Origin: a virus
Reading direction: 5' to 3' (one strand)
Virus record (IMG/VR): IMGVR_UViG_3300025030_000076
Coordinates: 1 to 64,000 of that record
Length of the DNA: 64,000 bases
Made by a program: the position numbers and the translations under genes. The first letter of the stretch is position 1; each line of letters opens with the position of its first letter. The notes under the pieces were generated by a model. It made no database searches. It was not told the DNA's origin and saw only the letters and a list, made by a program, of their open reading frames with translations. Shown in pieces: positions 1-8,162 of the stretch.

Positions 1-47
1 GGAGCCGTTATTGATGCTAATCCCGTTCCATGTCAGCAAAAGAAGAT

Positions 48-2045
48 TCATACTCCGCCTAACTGCCCGCTGGTCGCTGCGATGAACGGGTTGGGATAAA
101 TGCAGTCATAGGCGATTTCACTCCACGAACCGACATTGATCGTCGCGCCCGCGAAGTATTGATTGACAACCGTTCCCGTTCCGCCGCCTGTACCACCGCC
201 GGTACTGCCAGTCCCGCTGCCCGTCATGCCGCCTACATACCCTCCCCAACCACCTGGACTACCGGAACCTGTAGAAGTGCCGGTATATGCGCCCTGGAGT
301 AATTCGGCCAGCGTCAAATCAGTCGTGATGACTTGCCATATATTTTGGAGTGTAAGAGCACTGAGCAGTGCGCCTATCTTCTCCCCCACCCAATCCACGA
401 AACCATTCCACATAAAGGCCATTCCATCCCATAGACCCTGGACGATATCTTTGCCGATCTCCATGAACACAGTCGATCGACTGGAAATGCCGAGCCATTT
501 CTTTATAGGGTCAATGATTTTCTCATGTACCCACGCGTTGGCATCCCATGACCAGTCGAAATCCACTACTTTTTGCCAGCCATCTTTGATGGCCTGCCCG
601 ATTTGTATCCAGGCATCTTTGCCGACTATGAAATCTACAATGCCAACCCAGGCCTCAACAAGTTTATCCATGATTGGGTCAACCAAATATGTTTGTAATG
701 TATACCCAACATCCACTCCCTCCATCGCGCCCTGCCATGCTTCGCTGATTGCGTTTTTCAAAGCAATACCCATTGGCCCCCAGTCGACCTGATTGACAAT
801 AATATCCAATCCCGCAAAAGTAAGTCGTATTACCTCAGCGACCACATCAGCAAGAGTATCAATAACTCCCGCCCAATTCGCCCCTGCAATAGCAGTAGTG
901 AGCGTGTCAACTAATTCTTGTATCTTGGTAGGCACATCAAGATTAGTCCAAATCTCAGAAAATAGATTGTGAATTGCCGTTCCCCAGCCTTCCGTCTCTC
1001 CTGTCTCTATAAAACTCTGAATGGCTGTAATAACATCCTCAAGTGGAGTACCTTCCCATACGATAGCCAGGTCAGCCAGCCCTTTCTTGAACGCCTCCAG
1101 CGGTTCAAGTCCTAAATTCAATCCGCCCTGCATGACAATCAGGGCATATCCAATGTCATGCAATATAGGCGATAAATTCTCAAGATCAAGCATCGCCGCG
1201 CCGAGTGCGGACAAAAAAGGTATATCGCCCTCTGATCTCAATAGATCATTGAATCTTTCAAAGAAGCCAATTACTCCTTGAATAACAGGGTTGGTATCGG
1301 CAAATTCCATTAACTTCGTAAGCAAATCACCAAGCACAGCCAGGACAGGCCCTCCTATTATTTCCTTCATTTCATCCAGTTTATTTTTGGCAATCTCCAC
1401 TTGGCCCGCGAATGTCTGTCCCATTGCCTCAGCCAATCCGCCGACCTGCTGTTCCACTTCTGTCAGGATGATATTTTGCGCGGCGGCCACGTTACCCGTT
1501 TCCACGAAATTCTTTATCATTTCCTTTTGAGCGTCAGTGAAGGTGACGCCCGCACGCGTCAGTGAGCCGAGCATATTCAAGGGATCATTCAAGGCCTTGC
1601 CTAATTGCATGGCGGCGGAATCGACGCTCCCGAATATCTCCGCCATGTCGAGCATCGCCGGGACGGTTCGCTCAAAAGTTTCCCCGCTGATATTGCGAAA
1701 CGTCAAAAGCAGGGACGCTCCAGCTAGGATAGTCTCATCGGAGAAACGCGTTATCCCCTGGAGCGAACCCGCCATACTTTGTAATTGCTCGGATGTCAAT
1801 CCAGCCGCTCCCTCTGTCGCTCTCAAGATACCTTCCAGTCGTGCGATAGCCTGCTCGCTCTCGCTGGCTGATACCACAAATTGATTGCCGAACTCAACGA
1901 TATTATTAAATGCACCGGCAAGCAAATCGAAACCGGCCTTGATACCAGTGACGATATTACCAAGATTGGAAAGAGCGCCGCCGATGTTCCCAAACATCCC
2001 CGACGTTTCATCTTTGCCTTGTATAACGATTTCAACAATCGCCAC
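48..2045 (-). CDS. Tape measure protein (copy A)
   Basis: 665 aa, Ala/Gly/Leu-rich with Trp-spaced repeats, MQLGKALNDP motif, follows tail assembly chaperone. Confidence 0.9.
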   Translation of the reverse strand: MAIVEIVIQGKDETSGMFGNIGGALSNLGNIVTGIKAGFDLLAGAFNNIVEFGNQFVVSASESEQAIARLEGILRATEGAAGLTSEQLQSMAGSLQGITRFSDETILAGASLLLTFRNISGETFERTVPAMLDMAEIFGSVDSAAMQLGKALNDPLNMLGSLTRAGVTFTDAQKEMIKNFVETGNVAAAQNIILTEVEQQVGGLAEAMGQTFAGQVEIAKNKLDEMKEIIGGPVLAVLGDLLTKLMEFADTNPVIQGVIGFFERFNDLLRSEGDIPFLSALGAAMLDLENLSPILHDIGYALIVMQGGLNLGLEPLEAFKKGLADLAIVWEGTPLEDVITAIQSFIETGETEGWGTAIHNLFSEIWTNLDVPTKIQELVDTLTTAIAGANWAGVIDTLADVVAEVIRLTFAGLDIIVNQVDWGPMGIALKNAISEAWQGAMEGVDVGYTLQTYLVDPIMDKLVEAWVGIVDFIVGKDAWIQIGQAIKDGWQKVVDFDWSWDANAWVHEKIIDPIKKWLGISSRSTVFMEIGKDIVQGLWDGMAFMWNGFVDWVGEKIGALLSALTLQNIWQVITTDLTLAELLQGAYTGTSTGSGSPGGWGGYVGGMTGSGTGSTGGGTGGGTGTVVNQYFAGATINVGSWSEIAYDCIYPNPFIAATSGQLGGV

Positions 2046-2212
2046 GTATCACTCCTGAAAATGCTGGTTTACCTGCGTTCGTTCCCGTTCTATCTTCGCA
2101 TTCAATTCATTGATATATAAAGTGAGCCTTAATTGCCATACATACCGCCGCCAGCGCGACGGTTTTTCGCCTGTGATTTTCCAGGGTAATTGATGCAAAG
2201 CGAACGCTAACG

Positions 2213-2593
2213 CTACAACGTCGAACCATCCGGGGAGGTCTGCGGGGTCAGGGAATTGACTTCTGAAGTAGAGTTCAATTGACCCCCTTTCGCGTTTGGG
2301 ATGGTAGATTCCACAAGTGCTTCGCTAAATTTGTTGATAGCATCCGTCGCTTCATCCCGACTCAATTCATCAAATATTTCATACGCTTCGTCTTGCGGAA
2401 TGTACTGATTATTTTCGTCAGCCATGAAGCGGCAGGATAGAATCTGGATTTGTTCCAGAAACTCGTCGGTAATACCTTCGCCTTGTTCTTTCAAGCGCCT
2501 GAATTTTTGCACCTTTTTTACATCTTTCCACTTCAGGCGCTTCCCTATTGTTTTTGCGTCGAACAAAAACTTAATGTGTATATCCTCAGACAT
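2213..2593 (-). CDS. Tail assembly chaperone (gpG-like); predicted -1 frameshift extension to 2049
   Basis: Between tail tube and tape measure; slippery C CCA AAC at 2294-2300; -1 frame open to TGA at 2049-2051. Confidence 0.8.
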   Translation of the reverse strand: MSEDIHIKFLFDAKTIGKRLKWKDVKKVQKFRRLKEQGEGITDEFLEQIQILSCRFMADENNQYIPQDEAYEIFDELSRDEATDAINKFSEALVESTIPNAKGGQLNSTSEVNSLTPQTSPDGSTL

Positions 2594-2747
2594 TACAAAC
2601 TACTTTCTGCCCGTAGGCGTGTGGTATAATCGTTCTTGTCTAGGTGCTTGCGGTTCTGCTTCTTTTTGTTTCTCATGTCAGCCCTTTGCCCGCGCACCTA
2701 GACAGTGAAGCGGATTTGCGAAGGGCTGGCTCCTTTAAGAGGACAAA

Positions 2748-3029
2748 ATGATTTGTAAAATCTGCGGCATTAATCCAGCGCCGAAGCCTAAATACTATGG
2801 ACTTTGCGCCAATTGCCGATCCAAGAAGTACGATTTTTCCAAAGGCAAAACGTGTATGTATTGCGGCGTAAAAATCACCAACAAGATAGTTCATCACATA
2901 AACCTAAACAAATCTGATAATCGAAACTGTAATCTTTTGATTTGCACAAATAGTTATCACCGTTGGCTTCATCACCACATGGCTGTTGTATGGGTCAAAG
3001 AACACCCAGAACTCAAGGCACCGTACTAA
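2748..3029 (+). CDS. Small Zn-finger HNH endonuclease
   Basis: CxxC pairs, VHHINLNKSDNRNCNL...HRWLH; opposite strand, absent from copy B. Confidence 0.8.
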   Translation: MICKICGINPAPKPKYYGLCANCRSKKYDFSKGKTCMYCGVKITNKIVHHINLNKSDNRNCNLLICTNSYHRWLHHHMAVVWVKEHPELKAPY

Positions 3030-4014
3030 GCTCCACCGCGACCACTACGGACCCGGCGGCGGCGGCAGTAGTGTCATAGGCTGACACAAATTTACCCGTC
3101 ACAATATCATTGCCATTGGCTTCCCCGATCTTCGAGAAACTCTCCCAATAGCCGGGGAGATTGATCTTCAGGGTGGGAACGCTGTATGTCGTGCCGGGAG
3201 TGGCGAACGCCGTTAAACCTTCGACTTTGACTTGCAGTAGGACGGGGGTTTGGGCGCGCCACAAGACTTTCTGCGCGGCGGCGATTGCATCATGCTCGAA
3301 TTCCAGGTCACAGGTAACTACATAATCCGTGCCTTGCGTGAACGAAAAGTCAAGACGCCCGTCCGCCGTATCCTTCGCTTCGATCCCCGATGCGAACTTG
3401 AAATTGACGCCGCGCACCGTGTTGGACTTGATCGTTGTTCCAATTGTGCCGCCGATTGCATCCTGGTAGATTTTCGTCAACCCGAAATTCATGTTATTGA
3501 CGGCTAACAAGGACAGCCCAGCCGAAAATGCGCCCAGGGCAGGGGCGCGCCCCTGGATGTTTGCCTGTAGCTGATATGCGGTGCGCCCATTGCCGGATAG
3601 CGTCCAGTCCTTGACGAAACAATACGCCATGCGTTCGACTTCGTTATCATCTCCGCTCTCGATGGAATAAGTCTTGATCGCGTTGCCTGCGGTAGTGGGG
3701 AACGCATAGGTATAGATATAATCCGTCCCTGCGCCATCCTGAGAACCGGCAACGGTTTTTACACTCATTTCCAGGATATGCAGGAGACTTTCAAATGTCG
3801 CGGGGGTTTGACTGATTGCCAGCGTTCCGCCCTTCATCGGAACATTCGTGCGGGTCGTGCCGCTGATGATTCCGATGTCCTCACTGACACGTTGCACCTG
3901 GATATTGTCCAGGATCGTCCCGATGCCGCGAAAAACAAACGTCGCGGATGAGGTTGTCCCGGCTGTTGCCTCCCTGTAAAATTGTAACTTTCTCAAACTT
4001 CTACGACCAGCCAT
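3013..4014 (-). CDS. Major tail tube protein (copy A)
   Basis: 333 aa, Thr/Gly-rich, upstream of chaperone; near-identical to 58394-59395. Confidence 0.75.
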   Translation of the reverse strand: MAGRRSLRKLQFYREATAGTTSSATFVFRGIGTILDNIQVQRVSEDIGIISGTTRTNVPMKGGTLAISQTPATFESLLHILEMSVKTVAGSQDGAGTDYIYTYAFPTTAGNAIKTYSIESGDDNEVERMAYCFVKDWTLSGNGRTAYQLQANIQGRAPALGAFSAGLSLLAVNNMNFGLTKIYQDAIGGTIGTTIKSNTVRGVNFKFASGIEAKDTADGRLDFSFTQGTDYVVTCDLEFEHDAIAAAQKVLWRAQTPVLLQVKVEGLTAFATPGTTYSVPTLKINLPGYWESFSKIGEANGNDIVTGKFVSAYDTTAAAAGSVVVAVELSTVP

Positions 4015-4223
4015 TATTTACCTTCCTTTGCCGCTATTACCTTTTTTTGTTCGGCTGTTGGTTTCTTGTAGAGGCCGCTCGCAAGTATCCCGGCCTCATC
4101 TATTCCAATTTCCTTCCAGAGTTCCGCACGCTCGGCGAAATCTTCGTCCGTCAGGTCGCGGGCGGGTACGTGTATGATCGCGTCTCCCTGGCCTATGTAA
4201 TGTAATTTAATTGCCATGTTCAC
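4014..4223 (-). CDS. Small conserved virion-module protein
   Basis: Homologue at 59395-59601. Confidence 0.65.
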   Translation of the reverse strand: MNMAIKLHYIGQGDAIIHVPARDLTDEDFAERAELWKEIGIDEAGILASGLYKKPTAEQKKVIAAKEGK

Positions 4224-4410
4224 CTGCCTCTTGGTTTTCTTTTTCCAGTTCTACCAGTATTAATTTCTGAGCGCCTACAGTGTCACCTGCTTCATATAGT
4301 CTTTGAATTTCTTCGGTGTTTTCTATCGGCGGCGAAGCTACAACACGATGAAATTTCAAAGCGCCTTTCAGATATTCTTCATACATCTTAGCCAAATCAG
4401 GGATTGTCAT
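4207..4410 (-). CDS. Hypothetical protein, copy A-specific insertion
   Basis: Overlaps both neighbours; absent from copy B. Confidence 0.55.
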   Translation of the reverse strand: MTIPDLAKMYEEYLKGALKFHRVVASPPIENTEEIQRLYEAGDTVGAQKLILVELEKENQEAGEHGN

Positions 4411-4814
4411 AATCCTACTCTCCGCGCCACCATCGTGATCTCATCTTCGATTGCCTTCGGAAGTTTTGCTACTTCTTCCTCCTGCACGTCGCGCAGCAGA
4501 TTCCAGCGCCCTTCGTGCATCCAGGCTTGTTCCAGGCCGTAGGCGTTGCCCACGACATATTTTGTGTATGGCGTGTCGTTGCGCGTGGTATAGCCGTTCG
4601 TGTTCGGTATAATCATCCAACCACCGCCGAGCCTGCCTGTGCGGATATATGTCTGCGCCGGTCGCTCAGGCGGGTAAATCTTCATCCGGCGGACAATTGC
4701 CTGTGATGTCTGGTAGATTTGCAAGCGCCCGACTTTTGGGATCTCCGCCGACAAATCTTGCAAACCGCGCCGCACAATATCGGCGTTGTTGATCTGGATG
4801 GATAACTGCGTCAT
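4407..4814 (-). CDS. Neck/tail-completion protein (HK97 gp10-like)
   Basis: YIRTGRLGGGW and NDTPYTKYV motifs, synteny. Confidence 0.65.
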   Translation of the reverse strand: MTQLSIQINNADIVRRGLQDLSAEIPKVGRLQIYQTSQAIVRRMKIYPPERPAQTYIRTGRLGGGWMIIPNTNGYTTRNDTPYTKYVVGNAYGLEQAWMHEGRWNLLRDVQEEEVAKLPKAIEDEITMVARRVGL

Positions 4815-5242
4815 AGATTTATCTTCTGCTTCACGTTCTCAAGCATTGCCCGGTAACCTACGCAATCCACGCTTGAATAAATATATACGGGCAGGAATTC
4901 CCAGCGCAAAATTCCAAAGGTGTCAATAGACGCATCGAAGAAGCGACTGGTAGTCGTGATCTCGGTCAGAAGCGCCGCGTCAACCAGGTCTACAATCGGC
5001 AAAAGCGCGGCGATGTTCAATGCGAGATTGGTGTGCGGCGTCAGGATGTCAACAGCAATCGTAGCAAGGTGCTGCATCGTCCCGGTTTCGCTGATCTCAG
5101 TCATTGATGTCATAAGGTATGTCAATGCGAAAATCCGTTCGTTGATGTTTTCCTGCGGCGTCGCGGGCGCGGCTCCGATGCCCGCCACCGCCGCCACTAC
5201 CTCCGCGACTTCCGTTACCGCTGTGGTGTAGTCCTGCGTCAT
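4811..5242 (-). CDS. Putative tail terminator
   Basis: Size, synteny, conserved in copy B. Confidence 0.5.
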   Translation of the reverse strand: MTQDYTTAVTEVAEVVAAVAGIGAAPATPQENINERIFALTYLMTSMTEISETGTMQHLATIAVDILTPHTNLALNIAALLPIVDLVDAALLTEITTTSRFFDASIDTFGILRWEFLPVYIYSSVDCVGYRAMLENVKQKINL

Positions 5243-5351
5243 TGTGATAAAATCCTATTGGTGGTGGTGTAAGAGACAGCATAGCGACGCGTAAGAAGAT
5301 GCAGGTAAAAATCCTGCCCACCAAAAGAGACGCCTTCGGGTGTCTCTTTTT

Positions 5352-6296
5352 TCACGTAATCCTCACATAAGGACACAGGAGTTTTTCTACATCAGGATCA
5401 AGCGCTGGAATGGTTAGAGTGATCGTGCCAACGCTGGACGCCCCGGCCTGTCCAAGCGCCGTGTTGAAGCGTTTGTATTCGCGATTGCTTTGCAGGATAC
5501 AGGCCAGTACAACGGTTTTCGGGACTGCCGCCCAGCCGAACGAAGCAGTGACTTTCACGCCCTTTTTTGTGCCGGGGAATGAGTAATCGCCTTCGGGCGT
5601 GGTCTCTATCATCTGGTAAGGCCAGCCATCCAGTGTCGCGTTGAACGATGTCAAGTCGTAGTCTGTCGTTGCCCAGGTGGTTTCATATGTTCGGTCGCCG
5701 TCCTCATCCGTTACGAGCGTCAGCCCGCTTGAGGTCGAGATGTCATCTACAAAGACAAGATCGCCTTCGTCCGCGGTGTAATATCTTGTTTCGGATGCTG
5801 AGAAAAAGCGCCGGGCGCATTTGTTGTCTATCAAGCGCGAGACGGCTTCGATGATGGTTTCCAAAATCTCATCATGGGTTGTGTTCGAGAAGTTCAGCAC
5901 GTCAGACGATTTCACCTGCGCGAGCGTACAGTAGCCGTTTGTCAGCCCCGTTCCTGCGGTCGTGTTCGTGGATGTTGGCGCGGCGGTCAGGCCGGTACAC
6001 GTGCCGTTGGCAATGGCGATATTCAGCGTGTCATCATTGGCGACCGCGACATGCTTCGTCAGGACTACATTTGCGCCAGAGCCTGAGACCAAAAACAACG
6101 CCGCCACATCTACATCGAAGGCAAGCGCCGTGCGTATCAACCCACCAACGATGGAGGCGGTATCTGCTGACGTGACGGCGACAGAAACGGCCTTCGGCGT
6201 GTTTGCCATGCCGAGCGCGGTTATAGTGACGGTAGCGTTCCCCGTCCCGGTGACTGTTCCGACGACGGTTGAAGTTTCCACTTGCTTGATGGTCAT
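5352..6296 (-). CDS. Head-tail adaptor (gp6/gp15-like) with N-terminal beta-rich extension
   Basis: YCTLAQVK...IEAVSRLIDNKCARRF...GWAAVPKTVVLAC...DPDVEKLL adaptor motifs. Confidence 0.75.
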   Translation of the reverse strand: MTIKQVETSTVVGTVTGTGNATVTITALGMANTPKAVSVAVTSADTASIVGGLIRTALAFDVDVAALFLVSGSGANVVLTKHVAVANDDTLNIAIANGTCTGLTAAPTSTNTTAGTGLTNGYCTLAQVKSSDVLNFSNTTHDEILETIIEAVSRLIDNKCARRFFSASETRYYTADEGDLVFVDDISTSSGLTLVTDEDGDRTYETTWATTDYDLTSFNATLDGWPYQMIETTPEGDYSFPGTKKGVKVTASFGWAAVPKTVVLACILQSNREYKRFNTALGQAGASSVGTITLTIPALDPDVEKLLCPYVRIT

Positions 6297-6919
6297 GCAA
6301 GCTCCATAATCATCTGCTGTTGTGCCTCTGCAATGCGCTTCTCTGCAATAGCGAAATACTTAGGCGAAATCTCAATGCCTGTAAAATCACAACCTAATTG
6401 CGCCGCAGCTACGCCCGTGCTACCAGACCCCATAAACGGGTCAAGGATAGTTTTGGCCTTCGCAATCTCAATACACCACTTCATAAGCGAAATCGGTTTC
6501 TGTGTTGGATGTAAGCCATTCTCTTTCATCATGGCGGCTCTGGAATAAGTAAAAATCCTCACCGCCTTATCTTGGCTGCTCCAAGCGAGCTCGCCATCCG
6601 CAAGACTAAAATCCCGCTGCCCCTTATCCCACATCAGCCACTGTTGCGACGGCGGCAAACAATCCGAAAAGTAATTACCGCCCCAAATAATTACAACCTT
6701 TCCAATTCTCAGCAACTGGTCAAAATGCTCTCTTGTTGGTCGCCACTTATCCCAATCACCATCGGGACGGAAATCGCGCCAGCCGTTCTTAGGATTGCGC
6801 CCCCCGCCGTTTATGTAGTTGATTCCATACGGCGGGTCAGTAATCACAGCATCCACGCTCTTATCAGCCAGCGTTGGCAATATCTCAAGGCAGTCGCCCA
6901 GTCGTAAGTCAATCGTCAT
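6293..6919 (-). CDS. DNA N6A/N4C methyltransferase (beta class)
   Basis: DPPY, HPTQKP and DPFMGSGST motifs. Confidence 0.92.
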   Translation of the reverse strand: MTIDLRLGDCLEILPTLADKSVDAVITDPPYGINYINGGGRNPKNGWRDFRPDGDWDKWRPTREHFDQLLRIGKVVIIWGGNYFSDCLPPSQQWLMWDKGQRDFSLADGELAWSSQDKAVRIFTYSRAAMMKENGLHPTQKPISLMKWCIEIAKAKTILDPFMGSGSTGVAAAQLGCDFTGIEISPKYFAIAEKRIAEAQQQMIMELA

Positions 6920-7662
6920 TCCGCCACCGCCTCCGGCTCTCCTGTGTTATGAAAATCGCTCACGCTATCCCAGGCGATAAAATCTGCGCTGGATGTGGGA
7001 ATATCGCCAGCTACATGACCTGCTATACAGGAGCGGTCTACAAACGCTTCATACCCGGCTTGCCGCGCGTACTCGTAGAAGCGACGATCTTCCCCGCCGC
7101 CCGAAGTCTCGTTGTCGCAGGCGAACCACAGGCCGTCTCCCTGGTCGGGAACTTTTGCGCGGATGTCCTCAAGCACAGTCCGGTGTATTAGCGTGCAGGC
7201 GGTTGCGGTGAAGCCGACAGAGACAAGCGCATCGTCCGGGCAGGGGTCTATTAGGAACGGCCCGAACTTGATCCACTCTTTGTGGTCGTAGAACCAATCA
7301 CGCGTATCATTGATCCGCATCACATAATGGCCCTCATCGCCGTCGTAGGACTTCCAAATCTGCGGGACGACCGGGTTATGTCTCATGAACACTAGCGCCG
7401 ATATGAGAGGCTTATCCCAGGACAAAAGGCGCGTAAGTGTTTCAGGGACAAATACAACATCGTGGTGAGTGCTGAACATCCATTCGGCGTCGGTTGCGAG
7501 AAACTCCCGCACAATATCGTTCCAGATGACGCGAACCGATCCCGCGCCGCTCTGTCTAAATGTCCGCTTTGCGCCCTCGGGCAACAGCAGGTTTACCCAC
7601 GAGTGGACGCACGACCACGGAGGCGGCGCGCCAGATGAGGGAACCCAGTGGAATATGTGCAA
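6916..7662 (-). CDS. Glycosyltransferase-like protein (GT-A fold)
   Basis: FLATDAEWMFSTHHD, TACTLIHRTVLE, GED..F..A..AGY..VD....GH pattern. Confidence 0.65.
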   Translation of the reverse strand: MHIFHWVPSSGAPPPWSCVHSWVNLLLPEGAKRTFRQSGAGSVRVIWNDIVREFLATDAEWMFSTHHDVVFVPETLTRLLSWDKPLISALVFMRHNPVVPQIWKSYDGDEGHYVMRINDTRDWFYDHKEWIKFGPFLIDPCPDDALVSVGFTATACTLIHRTVLEDIRAKVPDQGDGLWFACDNETSGGGEDRRFYEYARQAGYEAFVDRSCIAGHVAGDIPTSSADFIAWDSVSDFHNTGEPEAVAE

Positions 7663-7713
7663 AACAAAACGCTTTCCGGGGGAGGCAATTGCTCGCCTCC
7701 CCCTTATCAGTTG

Positions 7714-8151
7714 TTAGACGGTTACGACTTCGACGCTGGATGCTGTTGGCGGACGATTGATGCCGTTGTACAGTTCCACCACGCATGAATGCGGGACGGC
7801 TGTCGAGAGCAGTGATCCACCGGAGACAAGCAACCAGGGCGTGCCCGCCGAAATAGGCACATCCACTTCTAGCGTGACCGAGGTGCTCGATAGCACGCCG
7901 GAGGTCACAGCGGCCAGGGATGCACTGGCAATAGCGGCGTAAGTTGCGCCGGATGTGGACGCCTGCCAGGGGCCAATACCCGCCGAAAGTGCGGCGGTTG
8001 TGGCAGCGCCATTGCCGAAATTGAAGATGAAGTGCGCGCGGGAGTATCCGGTCGCGTCGACCTTTGTTCCGACCAGCGCACCAACTTGTCCGCCGCTGGC
8101 TGCTACTGCAACCATCGACTTCTGAATATCAGGGTTTTTATTGCGTGACAT
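7714..8151 (-). CDS. Putative capsid decoration/head protein
   Basis: Start revised to MSRNKNP after GAGGTG; directly downstream of capsid; conserved in copy B. Confidence 0.6.
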   Translation of the reverse strand: MSRNKNPDIQKSMVAVAASGGQVGALVGTKVDATGYSRAHFIFNFGNGAATTAALSAGIGPWQASTSGATYAAIASASLAAVTSGVLSSTSVTLEVDVPISAGTPWLLVSGGSLLSTAVPHSCVVELYNGINRPPTASSVEVVTV

Positions 8152-8162
8152 GTTATCACCTC

